Shown one piece after another: positions 42,280 through 56,320 of a DNA stretch of 64,000 nucleotides. This stretch comes from Octopus vulgaris (lineage: Eukaryota). Made by a program: the position numbers and the translations under genes. Within the stretch, counting starts at the first letter, position 1. Each line of letters starts with the position of its first letter. The notes under the pieces are model-generated. The model saw only the letters and a program-made list of their open reading frames with translations. It ran no database searches and had not been told where the DNA came from. The stretch is taken from NCBI GenBank assembly GCA_951406725.2, contig OX597817.1, forward strand, positions 23,436,001-23,500,000. The letters are read 5' to 3'.

Positions 42280-42566
42280 TCAATTCAAGTCTACTCCTTT
42301 CTCAAATCATGTTTATATTATTGTTTTCTCTTTATCACAGGTTTTGTTGGAGCTCCTGGAATCTTACTTGCGTAGCGGGGTTACTACTTGCAGCCTACGG
42401 TACCATGCTATTTGTTCATTTCAGCTATCTAATTATTCTGGCCGTGCCAAAGAGGCAAACCTTTTGTATCAGTTCCACTGGGCACTCTATTCCAATTTCT
42501 TTTATATTCCTTTTGATACCGTCTGACCCATCAATAATTGGCACTTTTATTATTATTATTATTAGA

Positions 42567-42653
<87 letters not shown>

Positions 42654-42983
42654 GCTATTATTATTACTAAGGCGGCGAGTTACCAGAATCGTTAGCGATG
42701 CTTCGTCCATCGCTATGTTCTGATATCAAATTTCAACGAGGTTGATTTTGCGTTCCATTTTTTTGAGTCGATAAAATAATTTGCAGTTAAATACTGTGGT
42801 CGATTTAGTCGGCCTACTCTCTCTCTCTCTCTGGAAATTGCTAAACGTGAACCAAAATTTGAAACCGTTATTGTTATTATTACTAAGGCAGTGTACTGGC
42901 GGAATCGTTAGCACGCAGGAAGAAATCGATAAATTAAGTACGGGTTAAACACGGGCCTTTAGTAGAAACGATTATTATTATTA

Positions 42984-43071
<88 letters not shown>

Positions 43072-43429
43072 CGTCGAACTGCTTATTTCTGCTCTCAAAT
43101 CTTCTGATATTCTGGATTTTACCCATGATCCTCTGTTTTAACTACTCTATAACTGCATCAAATCCGTTCTTCCGTATTTTATATTTCTTCTCTAATTTTT
43201 GCTCGGTCAGCCTTTTTCACATTTTTCCAGTTTCCTCTTAACCATTGCTCAATTTCTTCGAGATCTTGCCTTGCCCGCATTATGTCCATTTCAATGCGTC
43301 GTTTCCATCATGGTTCTTTTGCTTCACCATTATTTGCTTCCTTAATTTATAATTTCTCCTCAACAAGTAGGAAGGCTTTGAACGTGTGTTGCAGTTAACA
43401 ATCCTTCAGTCTTTGCTTTGAGTCCTGAG

Positions 43430-43468
<39 letters not shown>

Positions 43469-43935
43469 ATTATTATTATTATTATTATCGTTTTTATTAT
43501 TATTATTATTATCATCATCATCATCATCATCACCATCATCATCATTTTCTTTGCACAGCTTCTAACGCTGAAGATATTCTACGGTGTCTGCTGTTCATTA
43601 CCAGTGAACTAAGATAACACCTCATTTTTCGAGCACCTTCCGGAGTATTCGAGTGGTTCCAAGTAGTGCTGTTTTCTGAAAGTGCTCCACCCTTATTGTA
43701 GCCCCTATTTGGTCCACGTATTTCTCGATATTTTACTCATTCTTTCTAGGGATCCGACTATAATTGGTACAACTGCTACCTTTTGCATCGACCACAGCTG
43801 CTTAACTTCCCAAGCTAACCTGTCATATTTCTTGACTTTTCTTTCTTCTTTATCGCATACATTGTAGTCAGTTGGGCAGGCTATATCTATGATCCAGCAT
43901 AGTTTGTTTCCTTTCTCAATTAAGTATATGTCTGG

Positions 43936-43994
<59 letters not shown>

Positions 43995-46090
43995 CATCAT
44001 CATCATCATCATCATTATTATTATTATTATTATTATTATCATTATTATTATTATTATCATTATTATTAAGACAATATAGGACCGAGGTAACTCATCCAGA
44101 AGTTAAACACAAATAAATAGAAGAGTGCCATATCATGTGAAATTCGTTGAACAATATTTTTTCTAGGTAAGTCCTGATAGCAATATCTTTTTTATTTGTA
44201 CACAATGGCATCTTTACCATTTACTGGAGTATGGATATACCATATTCTTCTTGCCTACGGCTTCCAGTTTATATAAGTTCTAATGTGCTTAAGGCCTCAA
44301 TTTATTTCTGGCATAAAGTGCAGTTTTCTGAAAGGCTCATATGGTTCAGGTGTACTCTTTCCTATTTTGCTTCTTTCATTACTGATTGGTTAACCTCACC
44401 TACTTCACATATTCCTAAATACCTATAATTACTCTGACGTTCTAATTCTGTTATCTCGGTCTTTCTGCCTAGTGTGATATCGGATGTATTTGAGAGGTTT
44501 CCCTAGTTAAATGTAACCTTAGCACATTTCTCATGTCCGAATTTCAATTTACTTATATCAGTAAATTGCTTGACTGTATGAAGTAGTGCTTGCAGTTGCT
44601 TGTTATTTCTGCTAGCAGTTTCAAGTCATCTATGTAGAAGAAGTGATTACCTGTTTTCCATTTGTTTCATTTAGGAATTTACTCAAAGAAAACAATGCTA
44701 AACAAAATAACAAAGGAGTTAATGAGTTTCCCTAGAAAGATTCCAGAAATAATATTGAGTTGTTCAGTATTCATATTTGCAGTGCCAGCTTTGGGAATTA
44801 GCATTGTTTCGAAGTGTTTCTTGGAATGAGATACAAAAATTATTCATCAATGGTGGGATGTTGAATATTTTCACGTATTATTTAATTCAGCAGTGTTAGA
44901 AGACTATTAAAGAACCTCTTGTAGTCTACCGAGGCCACTGAGAGCTGTTTTACCCTGGTGTAACATTCTTCTAAAATCATTCTTTTAATTAACTGTTGAT
45001 TCTGTGTTCATAAGACACAGGCTTACACTATTTTCTTTATGTGGAAAGATGTTGCTGCAAATGAGAAATGCATATATGCATTCCATTAGGAGAAATATAA
45101 GGGATTTGTACATTTTTGTAAGGCACGTTATGGTACTGTACTTCTTAAGTGTTTCGGATTCATCATTTTTAAGACGAAAATCATTCTATTTGCAAGCAAT
45201 AAGAACCCACAATTACATACTTTTGTCTGCGGTTCCAACATAACTGCGTTCTAGCAACAAGTTCTTATACCACAATCCTTACACACCGCTCTTTTTGTTT
45301 GCCCATTTGACATTTCAATTCCCTAGCTTCTTTCAGATCTTTCGCATTTAATTTTCAATATAGCGCACTTTTCTATCCCCAAATCCATACCTACCTCATT
45401 TGAGAAAATGCGGACAACACTTATAAGAATTTCAATATGTTCCTAATTTTTCTATCATCCACGAAAAGGAGATGATTTATTTGACCATTTCCTTTTCCCA
45501 AAACTGTGTGGTACCATGTCATATGCCTTTTTGTAATCCAACCATACTACATTCAGTCCCGTCAGTCTGCGTCAACAATTTGTAATTATCCCTTTTATCA
45601 ACTAATTACTGGTCTTTTTTGTTTCCTGCAACCTTTCTATTCTTCTGGTAGTAGATTATTACTTTCCAGATGGTTGTATAACTCTTCCGCCAATATACCG
45701 GTCATAAGTTTCCACATAAGTGGTAAACAGGTTATACGTCGAAAATAAATTTGACGCCAAGTTCCAATTCAAGAGATCCTTGAGACAACAGCGTTCCTCA
45801 ACTTGTCATCAAGTCAGAAAGATGACGTCACTGCAGGCAACAATCCAGTTGCGCTGCGATCTATTCATGCAGTTGTGTAAAGTTCTACAGACAACAGCTT
45901 TGCATTCCTCAGGATCTGGTCCTTTCCAATTTGCTATTGTTTCAAAAAATTCCGTCTCTCTGTATATCAATTAATTATGACGTCCTCCTGCCTTGGTATA
46001 GTTGCAAGTGGTCTTTTCACATTTGTTTGCCACTCCTGCGTTTTCATGTCTCGCCGGCCTGTTCCATAGCCCTTTCTTCCGCATCTGGGT
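42280..46090 (-). mobile_element. Cluster of R4/Dong-like fragments and SINE A pieces interleaved with (ATT)n tracts
   Basis: IQKVCLFGTARII (42440-42470), KEP*WKRRIE (43290-43325), LKAKTEGL, QKTALLGTTRILRKVL (43630-43680), HFFYIDDLK (44620-44650), INHLLFVDD (45455-45480), [11 protein letters not shown] (45705-45740). Confidence 0.85.
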
Positions 46091-46151
46091 AAGATGGAAA
46101 GTGTCAAGTGTCCACACAGACTAATGTGACACTTGTTGCGACTATTATTAT

Positions 46152-46268
46152 AAAGGCGGCGAGCTATCAGAATCGTTATCACGCCGGGCAAAATACACAG
46201 GCGTCGATATTATCCATTTACCCCCTCCCCCAAAATTTCAGGCCTTGTGCCTATAGCAGAAAGAATAT
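46152..46268 (+). mobile_element. SINE family A, internally deleted
   Basis: Head aaggcggcgagct joined to tail aaatttcaggccttgtgcctatagcagaaaga, followed by (ATT)n. Confidence 0.7.
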
Positions 46269-46472
46269 TATTATTATTATGATTATTATCATTATTATTA
46301 TTATTATTATGGTGATGATGATGATGATCATCATCATCATCATTTGAATGAGAGAAAGTGTGGCTGTTCTTGTTTCCTTGTGCAATCAAGGTTACACTGA
46401 GTAGAAAGATGATCGAAGGCATTGCAACAGAGAACATTCCATCTCTCTCTTCTCTCTTTCTCTCAAGCTTTC

Positions 46473-46512
<40 letters not shown>

Positions 46513-47893
46513 AGTGTATGTGTGAGTATGTACGGATTATGAGATTATGTATGTATGTATGCAAATATGTATTCTGTCATTCACTCGTCATATGTTTTGT
46601 TAGGCTATGTGGCTAACTTTATTTAGTTCAATCTTAATATATTATGCCGATAGTATGTATTTTTCATCTCAATAATTTCTATGAAGCCAGTGTCAGACAT
46701 ATACTATGGTCAAATTAATTGAGTCAATCCCCCGACGCCACGTCATTATAAAAGAGTGTGTTTGTGATGATCTAAGAAGCCACAATCATTAATAGTTTTA
46801 TTAGAAATGTCTTTTATTCTGAGAAGGAATACAAAATACAACTACATTAACGACCATTCTAAAATTTATTGTTTTAATATTTTTACGACTTTCTTTAATG
46901 CTGTATCATGTCTTCTTTCTCTTTATACATTTCTGTCATGTTTAATCATATTTCCTATACCGCTATTAATTTTCATCTTCGTATTTCTTAGGTAATCTTT
47001 TGTTCTTTTATTCCGTCTTTTAGTTTTCAGCGATTTCCTCCTTATGTAGTCCTTCGCTCACATACTACTGCGGAAACTTAGAGAGTCTATTGTGTTGTGT
47101 AATGCAAAGCCATACCAGACTGAGATTAATAATTAAAAAATAAAGCAAGCAAACAACAGAACTTGCATTGGATTCGTTATGACGTGATGCATAATATTTG
47201 GCCTCATTAACAAGAATGCCGTTGTTTATTTTCCAGGTTGGTATTTTATTTTCAAAGTAAGTGCTGTAGAAACTATGATTAATAAATACATAATGACACA
47301 GCAGCTACTGTTGCTGATATTACTAATCTTCAATAAGATCATTTTGATTACATATAGTAATACTATAAACACAGTGCATTTAGAAAAAAGAAAGTCATAA
47401 ATCAGATTCGGAGTAGCATCGTTAATGTAATTACTGACATATCAAAATATGATTTTATGGGTTATTAGCAGGTAAAATACTGCTGCTGTTGTTCTTTGTT
47501 GACGTCATCGTCGTTGTTATTTAGTTAGCTCCATCAAGTAGGTCTACGGTAGAAAGTCATTTGAGATGTAAGGGATCCTATTAGTTTTTTCGTCCCCTTT
47601 CGTAGATGCGAGCTTTTAGAATCACATTCAGTTTATCATTTTTGTAATAAATTTCGGTGGGGATTGAAGCAGATTTTATTGCTATTTCTAGCTGATTAAG
47701 AGACAATGCAGATGCCGCACATGCATTTTGATACTTGTAGGATATTACTGAATGCGAGTATGATGGTAATAGAGAATGAGGAAGGGATGATGTATGCTTG
47801 ATTTTATTCTTAATGCCAACCTCTAGTACTTTTATTACTGCCATTTCTTTTGACTAGGCCCTTGATAGAACTATATGGAGTGGACCTGAAACC

Positions 47894-48128
47894 AAATACC
47901 TATTTCTTTATTACCCACAAGGGGCTAAACACAGAGGGGACAAACAAGGACAGACATAGGTATTAAGTCGATTACATCGACCCCAGTGCGAAATTGGTAC
48001 TTAATGTATCGACCCCGAAAGGATGAAAGGCAAAGTCGACCTCGGCGGAATTTGAACTCACAACGTAACGCAAACGAAATACCGCTAAGCATTTCGCCCG
48101 GCGTGCTAACGTTTCTGCCAGCTCGCCT
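47894..48128 (-). mobile_element. SINE family A (head + one body unit)
   Basis: Reverse complement of 6205-6445. Confidence 0.9.
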
Positions 48129-49075
48129 GAAAGCAAAAACCTTCATGACCATGATCATTCTCTCTACACTTGATGCATAGTGTACCTTGGACAAATATAT
48201 AAAATGAAACATTTCTTTTGGCGAGGAGACTATGGTGTGATCTGAGGTACCGTCTGCTATCACCTACCTTTCACTGAATAATGTGTGCAGTCACCGGTGT
48301 AGCAGATATTTTTGATTGCAATCGTTACAGTTTAGTGCAAGGGCTCCCATAACAAATTGTGGTTGTGATCAAAGGTATAACTACCGTGAATGCTCTGTTT
48401 AATTGGTTCGCTTCCACCATATTGTATTTTGAACCACATTATTTAATTCGTTTTGGTTTTTTTCGTTAACATTGTGTCGGTGGTTGCTTTATCAAAAATG
48501 CTCAATGATTAGAAGGAAGATTCTGCACTGATGTTTAATCCCTCTATGGATATTATTAGGAGATAAAACAACAAATGTTAAATAGATGTGATAACGTTCA
48601 GCTTATTCTATTAAAATTGATTGTTGCTGAGGAATTCTGATCATGAAAAGATAAGTAGTTCATCTAATAGCAATTTACTATCGGCACACAGACATAGGTC
48701 TTTAGAACTTTAATACAGGTTAGTAATTTACCATTATAAGGAACGTGTAATTTTTATTATCCATGAAATTAATGTTAGTTTTACAAAAGCATTTACAAAA
48801 CAGTTCTGAGTTAATATATCATATATAACGCAAGACATTAAGCTTTATGAAGCCCTATTTGTAACTTCTCTGTGAATTTCTTTGTGCATGCTTTACTATA
48901 AAAGCAATTCTGGTTTCTATGGGAATCACTACACAATGGAGAAGATTAGCATAGAAATTCCCACTTTTCTAATTCGGTAATATGGCAAAATTCTATATTT
49001 CCATTGGAGAGTAATTCAAAATAAGACTAAAACGTGTCCGTACCTGCTGAAATATAATAAACCATATTTACTAAG

Positions 49076-49198
<123 letters not shown>

Positions 49199-49228
49199 TA
49201 GATATAGATATAGATAGATAGGTAGATA

Positions 49229-49682
49229 TATATAAAGGAATGCTAAAATTGGTACGAGAACGCCAAACATCTAGACACTTAGATGATACAAGAAAGGGAC
49301 AACAAAACATCAAAACAGTCCATACAAAAAACAAGGATGGGTCATTCGGGGTTTTCTTTCTTCAGTCGAGTTCCAGATCATCTTTGCAATTTCGGCTGGT
49401 TATGCTCGAGATTGTTCCAGTCGGGAGGAAAGCAGCGAATGTATACGAAAACAAGGATGGAAAATACGGAGAAATTGTACACAAATACAAATGCAAATAG
49501 AGGACATTAACGGCAGGTGTCTTTCAACTAAGGACGAATTAAATTAAGCTGTCGTGTGTGGAAGTGAAGCCTTACGGCAGGGACAATGTGTTGACAAGCA
49601 TAAGGAGGAATATAGATGTAGTACAGGTGGGAATCGAACCAAGAATGTAAGGTCAGGCGCGAGGCCGAACACCGGTCGTGTG

Positions 49683-49734
<52 letters not shown>

Positions 49735-49964
49735 AGAGGCCGAGGGATAGAAGAATTAGGGAGAGACAAACAAAAAGACAAGGGACAGAGTGAATTGAAA
49801 GAGGAGAGAAGGTGAAAATAAAGACAAAGCCAAGAAATGTGAGAGAGGGGGAACGACCGTCCTTGTTTTATTGTATCGTCTGCCTGGATGTTTTGTTGTC
49901 CCTTTTTTACCATCTGTCTGGATGTTTCACGTTCATGTCGCATTTTTGGTATTCCTTTATATAT
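49229..49964. mobile_element. Element with ~115-bp imperfect terminal inverted arms next to (TA)/(GATA)n
   Basis: 49229-49348 is approximately the reverse complement of 49851-49964. Confidence 0.7.
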
Positions 49965-49969
49965 GTAAA

Positions 49970-50124
49970 GGATGGCTGTATGGTATGTAGCTTACTTACC
50001 AACCAGATGGTTCCGAGTTCAGTCCCACTGAGTGGCACCTTGGGGAAGTGTCTTCTACTATACGCTCGGGCAGACCAAAGCCTTGTGAGTTGATCTGGTA
50101 GACGGAAATTGAAAGAAGCCAGTC

Positions 50125-50162
<38 letters not shown>
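49970..50162 (+). mobile_element. SINE family B 5' half
   Basis: Head through gaaagaagcc..cgtatatat, truncated in the (TA)n. Confidence 0.85.
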
Positions 50163-50167
<5 letters not shown>

Positions 50168-50639
50168 CAAACATCTCTAAATTTTGCGAAAGCTGTAAAA
50201 GAAATCAACAGAAGATTAATTTTGACCCCATACTGCCTGCAATAACCTGTGGAAAAAGAAAAGATTTCTCGTGAGTACAGTATATATTTCCCCTGTGATT
50301 CTATTGAATTTATACGCACGTACACACGCATCCTGCGATTTTATTAATTTCATAGGGCACTCTGAATTTACGCACACACTTTTGACTTTTCACTCATATA
50401 TCCCTATTGAAAACTCTCTCTCCCTTTAAAACTAATGGCCACATATACAAGACTATACGTATCAAACTACCACAGAATTTCGCAAAATGCAAACACCCTT
50501 TACTTTCGAACTACAAATTTCCTTATCAAAGCAAAATGTTCTCCACTATCATATACATATTTTATCTTCAAGCATCTGGAAATATTTATCTCAAATGCAA
50601 ACATATAATCTACACTAATTCTTCACTTCTGTAGCATGC

Positions 50640-50998
50640 GTTTCTACATAGCTAAACACTAAAGCAAGGAATAAATCAATAATTAACAAACAAATATATT
50701 TTTAAAAAATCAAGAAATCTCTCAAGAATGAAAATCTAAACAAAATTCGTCTGAGAATGAAATAGACCTTCTGATAAATTCATGGTTCTGTCTTGCCCAA
50801 AAGGAAACCATAGACACATCATGCCGTTACCTACAATTCAACTTTTCAGAAATCCCTCCGAGAAGCAGATTCAAAACAAACTTAAACAAATTGAAATAGT
50901 ATTTAAATTAATTAATAGACATTTTGAAAAAGTCCAACGTGTTTTCTCTTCAAATACTGATCAATACCAACAACAACAACAATAACAAGCACGACGGC

Positions 50999-51029
<31 letters not shown>

Positions 51030-52960
51030 GCCACGACAGCAACAACAACCATCTCAGCAACTACAACGACTACCTCAGCAAAAAAAAAGAAAACAATTGC
51101 CACAGCAACAACAACAACCGCAGCAGGAACAACTGACCCAGCCTCAACCTTCAACACTCCTTAATTCAACCACAATTGACTTCCTACTTAATGAAACGGT
51201 CAACTTATCAGATTACAGCTGTTCACAGCCCATTCAACCACAATTTGTTACCTACCCATCAAATCTTCAACAGCAGCAATATTTATCACAGCAACATCAA
51301 CAACTACAGCTACAGCAACTATCTCAAAAACTGTAACTGACAGAGCTTCAACCTACTACTATCCTAATTTGTGATCAACCAATTAAATGCTTACTTTAAG
51401 ACCCCTTAATGAATTTGCCAAATGCAAATGTACACAAATTAAAATCTATGCTTCTCACAGCCTACACACGAAACCCCAAAATATGTCGTTATTCATTACG
51501 CAAGAGGCTGTGCACTGACAATGATTGCAAATTCACTCATTTACCAGGGACTAGACACTAAATTCCTACTCCTAACAGCCACTACCATCAAAGTGCACAA
51601 TCTAAAAGAGTGCCACTACCACCACCGCCACCACCCTCACCAAATTTGAAAAATAAAAACACTCATGTTACACGGAACCCTTCAGTCTGACACTATTTCC
51701 AGCGTAATAGACTATGTCTACAGCGTCATCTTCCCTTTACCCATCCTCCGGGGACTCGTCGCACAAATAAAAATATAAACGGGCCCCGTAACCAATGCAA
51801 AACCCACAACCACAAGTATTTTCAGTTCTTCAAACAGTATTCTTTTTTAGCCATCATACAATGCTACCAACCACCACCCTATTGCACAAACTCCCATTGC
51901 TGCCATTAATAAGCAAATCACCAAAACACTCAAAATCAGTTACTACTATCGCCTCAAAATTTTTCCTCAATGCACAAGGCATCAGCCCTTCCACCGATGC
52001 TCCAAAATGAAAGACCCAATTTATTGAGAACTGAGTTAATAACCATTCACACCATATCTTTTTTTCCTCCTCACAGAGACCCATCTCAATAACCTCCGCT
52101 TAGAAGCTGAGTTGAGAGTAAAGAATTTTACAGCCATCCGTGCAGAGAGAATCGGAAGAAGAAAAGGTGGGACCGCCAATTTCGTGCACGATTCTTTTTC
52201 GGTTGAAGCAATGGACGTAATTACCAACGGCTACTGTGAAGCAGCTTCTGTGTTTAGTAAAACCAACAATTTAATAGTTGTTGGGCTCTATAGGCCACCC
52301 CTAACTCTTTTACTACGTTTCAAGGAATGCCTCAGCAATAAGTGTTTCATCCATCTGTATCATGCTGAAAACAATGATGGGGGAATCCAACTTTCCCAGT
52401 GTTCATTGGTTCACAAACAGCTTGTAACCAGGTTTTTCCGCCTCAACCCCTGATAAGAAAGCAATCGAATTGATTTTCGATTTCATGGATGAGTTTTTCC
52501 TGACCCAATTTGTTCGTGAACCAACACGGTGTCACAAAAACACCTTGGACCTAGTGTTCAGTAATTACACTGACACTATCCTCAGACCATGACATGGTTC
52601 TCTGCGATCTGAGATACTACCACCCAAAGACCAAATCCAGTGACATCTCTCCAGTCCATCCATTTGACACTATGGATCTGCATAACGCAGACTGGGATGC
52701 GATCAATCAATCATCTGTCACAAGTTGATTGGGCCTTCACGCACGCACACACACCCTCCAACATAAACACGTCATGGCGGACATTTGTAGATACTGTGAC
52801 AAATATATGCGCAAAACATACTCTATTAAGATCAGTATACAAATCTAAGAGCAGAATCCCTAGAAATTGAAGGGCAATTATCAGAAAAATAACAATAAAA
52901 AGAATTAACAAGAAAATCTACTAGCTTAAATACTGACATCAGCTACGCATCCATTCGACT
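50640..52960 (+). mobile_element. CR1/L2-group LINE 5' half (ORF1 CCCH finger + APE endonuclease), degenerate
   Basis: NPKICRYSLRKRLCTDNDCKFTHLPGT (~51472-51555); FLNAQG, LTETHL, RAERIGRRKGG, GLYRPP, LTQFVREPTR, NTLDLVF. Confidence 0.85.
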
Positions 52961-54132
52961 CTCTGGAGTTATGATCACTAAGTCTGTTCCGGCTTATGGT
53001 ATATCTAAATATGTGGCAAAATTATTTTCACAGGGCCCGAGAAGTAGGGCCGACGCTAGGAAGTGCGGGCTTCAATTAGAGAATTCTCACTGGCGTGAGG
53101 GGGTCCCCTACTCTACAAAAGCTGAAGTTTGATGCTTTAGGCTTCTTTTATTATGCCAGTCCCAGCCAAATAACGCTGAGCCAAATAACGTTGAGCGATA
53201 TATAAAATCTCGAAAGCTCATATTTAAAGTTTCAATGTTTTATGACAAGTCAAGATAATTATTAGGATATTCTTTGTGAGGTGGCCTTCTAAAAACAGAT
53301 GTCTTTAGCCTTTTTTTTTACGTGAGAAATCTTTCAAAGTCATTTCAAGATCAATGAGTTTTTTTATGTTATTTTCCACAGATAGCATTGCCAAATAATT
53401 TAGATTCTACTGTGAATTGTACCGTAAGTATATTTTGATAAGGTTTAGCTTTGAACAACTTTTTACCTTGTTTTAAAATTGAATTCATTTGTGGTGTTCT
53501 GTGTTTTCACCGTTTTCCTGTACTTCTCGTGCATTCGATTACCGTCTGCTTATGCAACCTTATAAAATATACATAGATACAAACACACATACATGCATAG
53601 ATACTTACATACAGACATACGTGTATTCATGCATACATACATACATACATACATATATATATATATACATAAACACATATATATATATATATATACATAA
53701 ACACATATATGCATATATATATACACAAACATACGCACACACGCACATGTATAAGACAGGAAAATATAGTTCATGTTCCAGAGGTATGGAAATCATGGAA
53801 TGGTTATTGAAGCCTATATACTTAAGTCAACTCTATTTTCTTTTTTACACTGTGAATTCTCTGTAGAACTTTCCTACATACACACCTTGTCTCTTGAATA
53901 CCCAGTGTGTGGAAGTGTTGACCCGTAACCGGCGATATCCCAGAGACAGCTGTAAGACAGTAATAACTTCTATTTCTCCATTTTTGATTTACCTTACTGT
54001 AATTATATTTCGTTTTAAAGAAAATTACTGCAATTAAATATCCTAAACGACCTCGGATGCTCGTCCTCTATTGGTTTTGTACATTTTCCTGTAATATATA
54101 TATACATGAATATATATATATATGTGTTTATA

Positions 54133-54179
<47 letters not shown>

Positions 54180-54239
54180 TAGATAGATAGATAGATAGAT
54201 ATATATATAGATATATATATATATATATATATATATATT

Positions 54240-54273
<34 letters not shown>

Positions 54274-54940
54274 CAGACAGACTCACAATCACTCATATTC
54301 ATCTACAGATAGATATAAATTTGCAAATGAAAGAAAATAGAATCCACGAGATTCATTATTTAAAATCTCTAAATTGTTTCGACTCATTCATACACCTGTA
54401 GCACATTGGTGTGATATAGTGCAATGACTGATAATACATTCGAGGTTTGGAATACACCTTCTAAAGTGATTATTTAAATAAGTTGTTCATTAGATCCTCT
54501 TGCCATTTCAGTTTGACAATATATATAACCAGAGTGATTTGTCATTATCAGCAGTTCACAAACAAAACTAAAACTATAGTTACAGCGACAATCAAGATAC
54601 AAATACAACCTAAATACAAATTACATTGATAAAAAATATAAACAAATGAAAATAAAGATGTCAGGTTGGCGATAACATTATTTTCTATCTAAAGGTCACA
54701 TTAAAAGGAAGAAAGTATAGGCCACAATAGAACAAAATGAAGTATAAAATAAACCGTTTAAGATAATAAAGTGGTAAGTAGATTGAAAATTGATAATTTC
54801 AGTACATGACAATTGTCTGTTTGCCTTCGTTTACGACCGAAATTATTTACTTTCATACCTGGCAATAGTAACAGCTCCAACTTATAGAGATAATGAGTCT
54901 TTATTTCACTCTTTAACTTTCATATTACGCTATCAAATAT

Positions 54941-55308
54941 TGTTCGTTCCTTCTCAAGCCAAGCCTGGCTCATTAGGGCCAGTTTCACGGTTTCCTTGGC
55001 GTATAGGTTCCCACAGGGACGGGACGCCGGTCCGTCGCAGGTGAGGTGCAAGATGCAGGAGGTAAGAGTGACAGAAAGTTGTGGTGAAAGAGTCAGCAGA
55101 AGTTCACCATTACTTTCTGCCGGAACCGCGTGAGGCTTAGGGGTTTCACTCATAAACACACACATCACCCGGTCTGAGATTCGAACCCGCGATACCTCGA
55201 CCGCGAGTCCGCTGCTCTAATCTCTAGGCCATATGCCTCCACCTGCTCTCTCTAACTACTAGACCATGTGCCTTCACCTGCTCTAAGCAATAGGCCATGT
55301 ACCTCCAC
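54941..55308 (-). mobile_element. tRNA-derived SINE (V-domain-like) with triplicated 5' head
   Basis: Minus-strand head gtggaggcatatggcctagag.ttagagcagcgg...gggttcgaatctc; ctgcgacggaccggcgtcccgtcc domain; TSD-like ct(a/g)tcaaatat at 54930 and 55309. Confidence 0.8.
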
Positions 55309-55822
55309 CTGTCAAATATACATATCAATTAATATCGAGATTTCAATGATGTGAACATTTATGTTTGGATTGAGATATGAGATCTAATCAGTTTGAACAT
55401 GAAACACGTAGAAACTTTTGGACAGAAGGTGCTCGGTTAAAATATTAAAGGATAGTTAATCTATTACCGTCTAGTTTCCATATGCTTCTGGCAAATGATA
55501 TGAAGAAATGAGCTAGGAGGTGTACTTATCCGCCTCGCACATAAATTGGCCAATATAAACACTGCAAGGAAGTATTCATCACTTTTTATACATATACACA
55601 CATTACATACATACATGCATGCTTCTTAATAATCATTTCAAAAGGCAGAAATAAAAGAAAGCAAATGGGATAATAAAAAATAAAAATTTACATAGATATA
55701 ATCTATTTGCCTATGCACATATGTAAACCTCTAACATACATCCAATTTATAAATTATATAGGTTGATAATATGATTTAAAACAATCAATATAATATGATA
55801 CATTCTTGTATCGTACCTGTCT

Positions 55823-55877
55823 ACGGGAGGATCAACTCCTTCTGGGACAAAGACCCACGAGGAGCTGATCCTTCCGT
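55823..55877. other. 24-bp GC-rich stem-loop (pre-miRNA-like shape)
   Basis: acgggaggatcaactccttctggg[acaaaga]cccacgaggagctgatccttccgt: 2 mismatches, 2 GU pairs. Confidence 0.6.
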
Positions 55878-56124
55878 CGATCCTTCCATCTTTATTTGTC
55901 ATGTGTGTTCATATACTTTACTCACAAATCTAGCAAGCTACTCAAGTGAGGGAGGCAATTTAGCCACCGACCATCTAACAATGTAACAAGCAGTACACGT
56001 TTTCATACTTCGAGTATCATGCTTCTTCTGCCTGTGTAGAGATCCCTGGCTAGTTTATATACTAATGCATTTGAAGGTGTATTTATCTATATGTACATAT
56101 TTTTACCACCCCGACATATATATA

Positions 56125-56320
56125 CAGGGGAACAATTCACAAAAGCAAAGGACGAAGTCGAGTGGTGTAGACAACAAACAGATGTATTAGTGTAACGCTC
56201 GGGAAATGAAAAAGTTTTTTACATTTTGGGCCTACGCTCTTCCCCAGAAAGAAACACAGAAAGAAGTAATCAGAAGAAAATAAAGAATGTATAGTGGCTA
56301 GCCATCTATCATGGTGAATA
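56125..56320 (-). mobile_element. Family H pLTR-like repeat, degenerate HHR
   Basis: Colinear with 62157-62360 and the reverse complement of 30395-30562. Confidence 0.7.

Noticed and set aside
55170-55241. tRNA gene
   Set aside because: tRNA-like head continues into a SINE body with no proper acceptor stem; the same applies to the other SINE heads.
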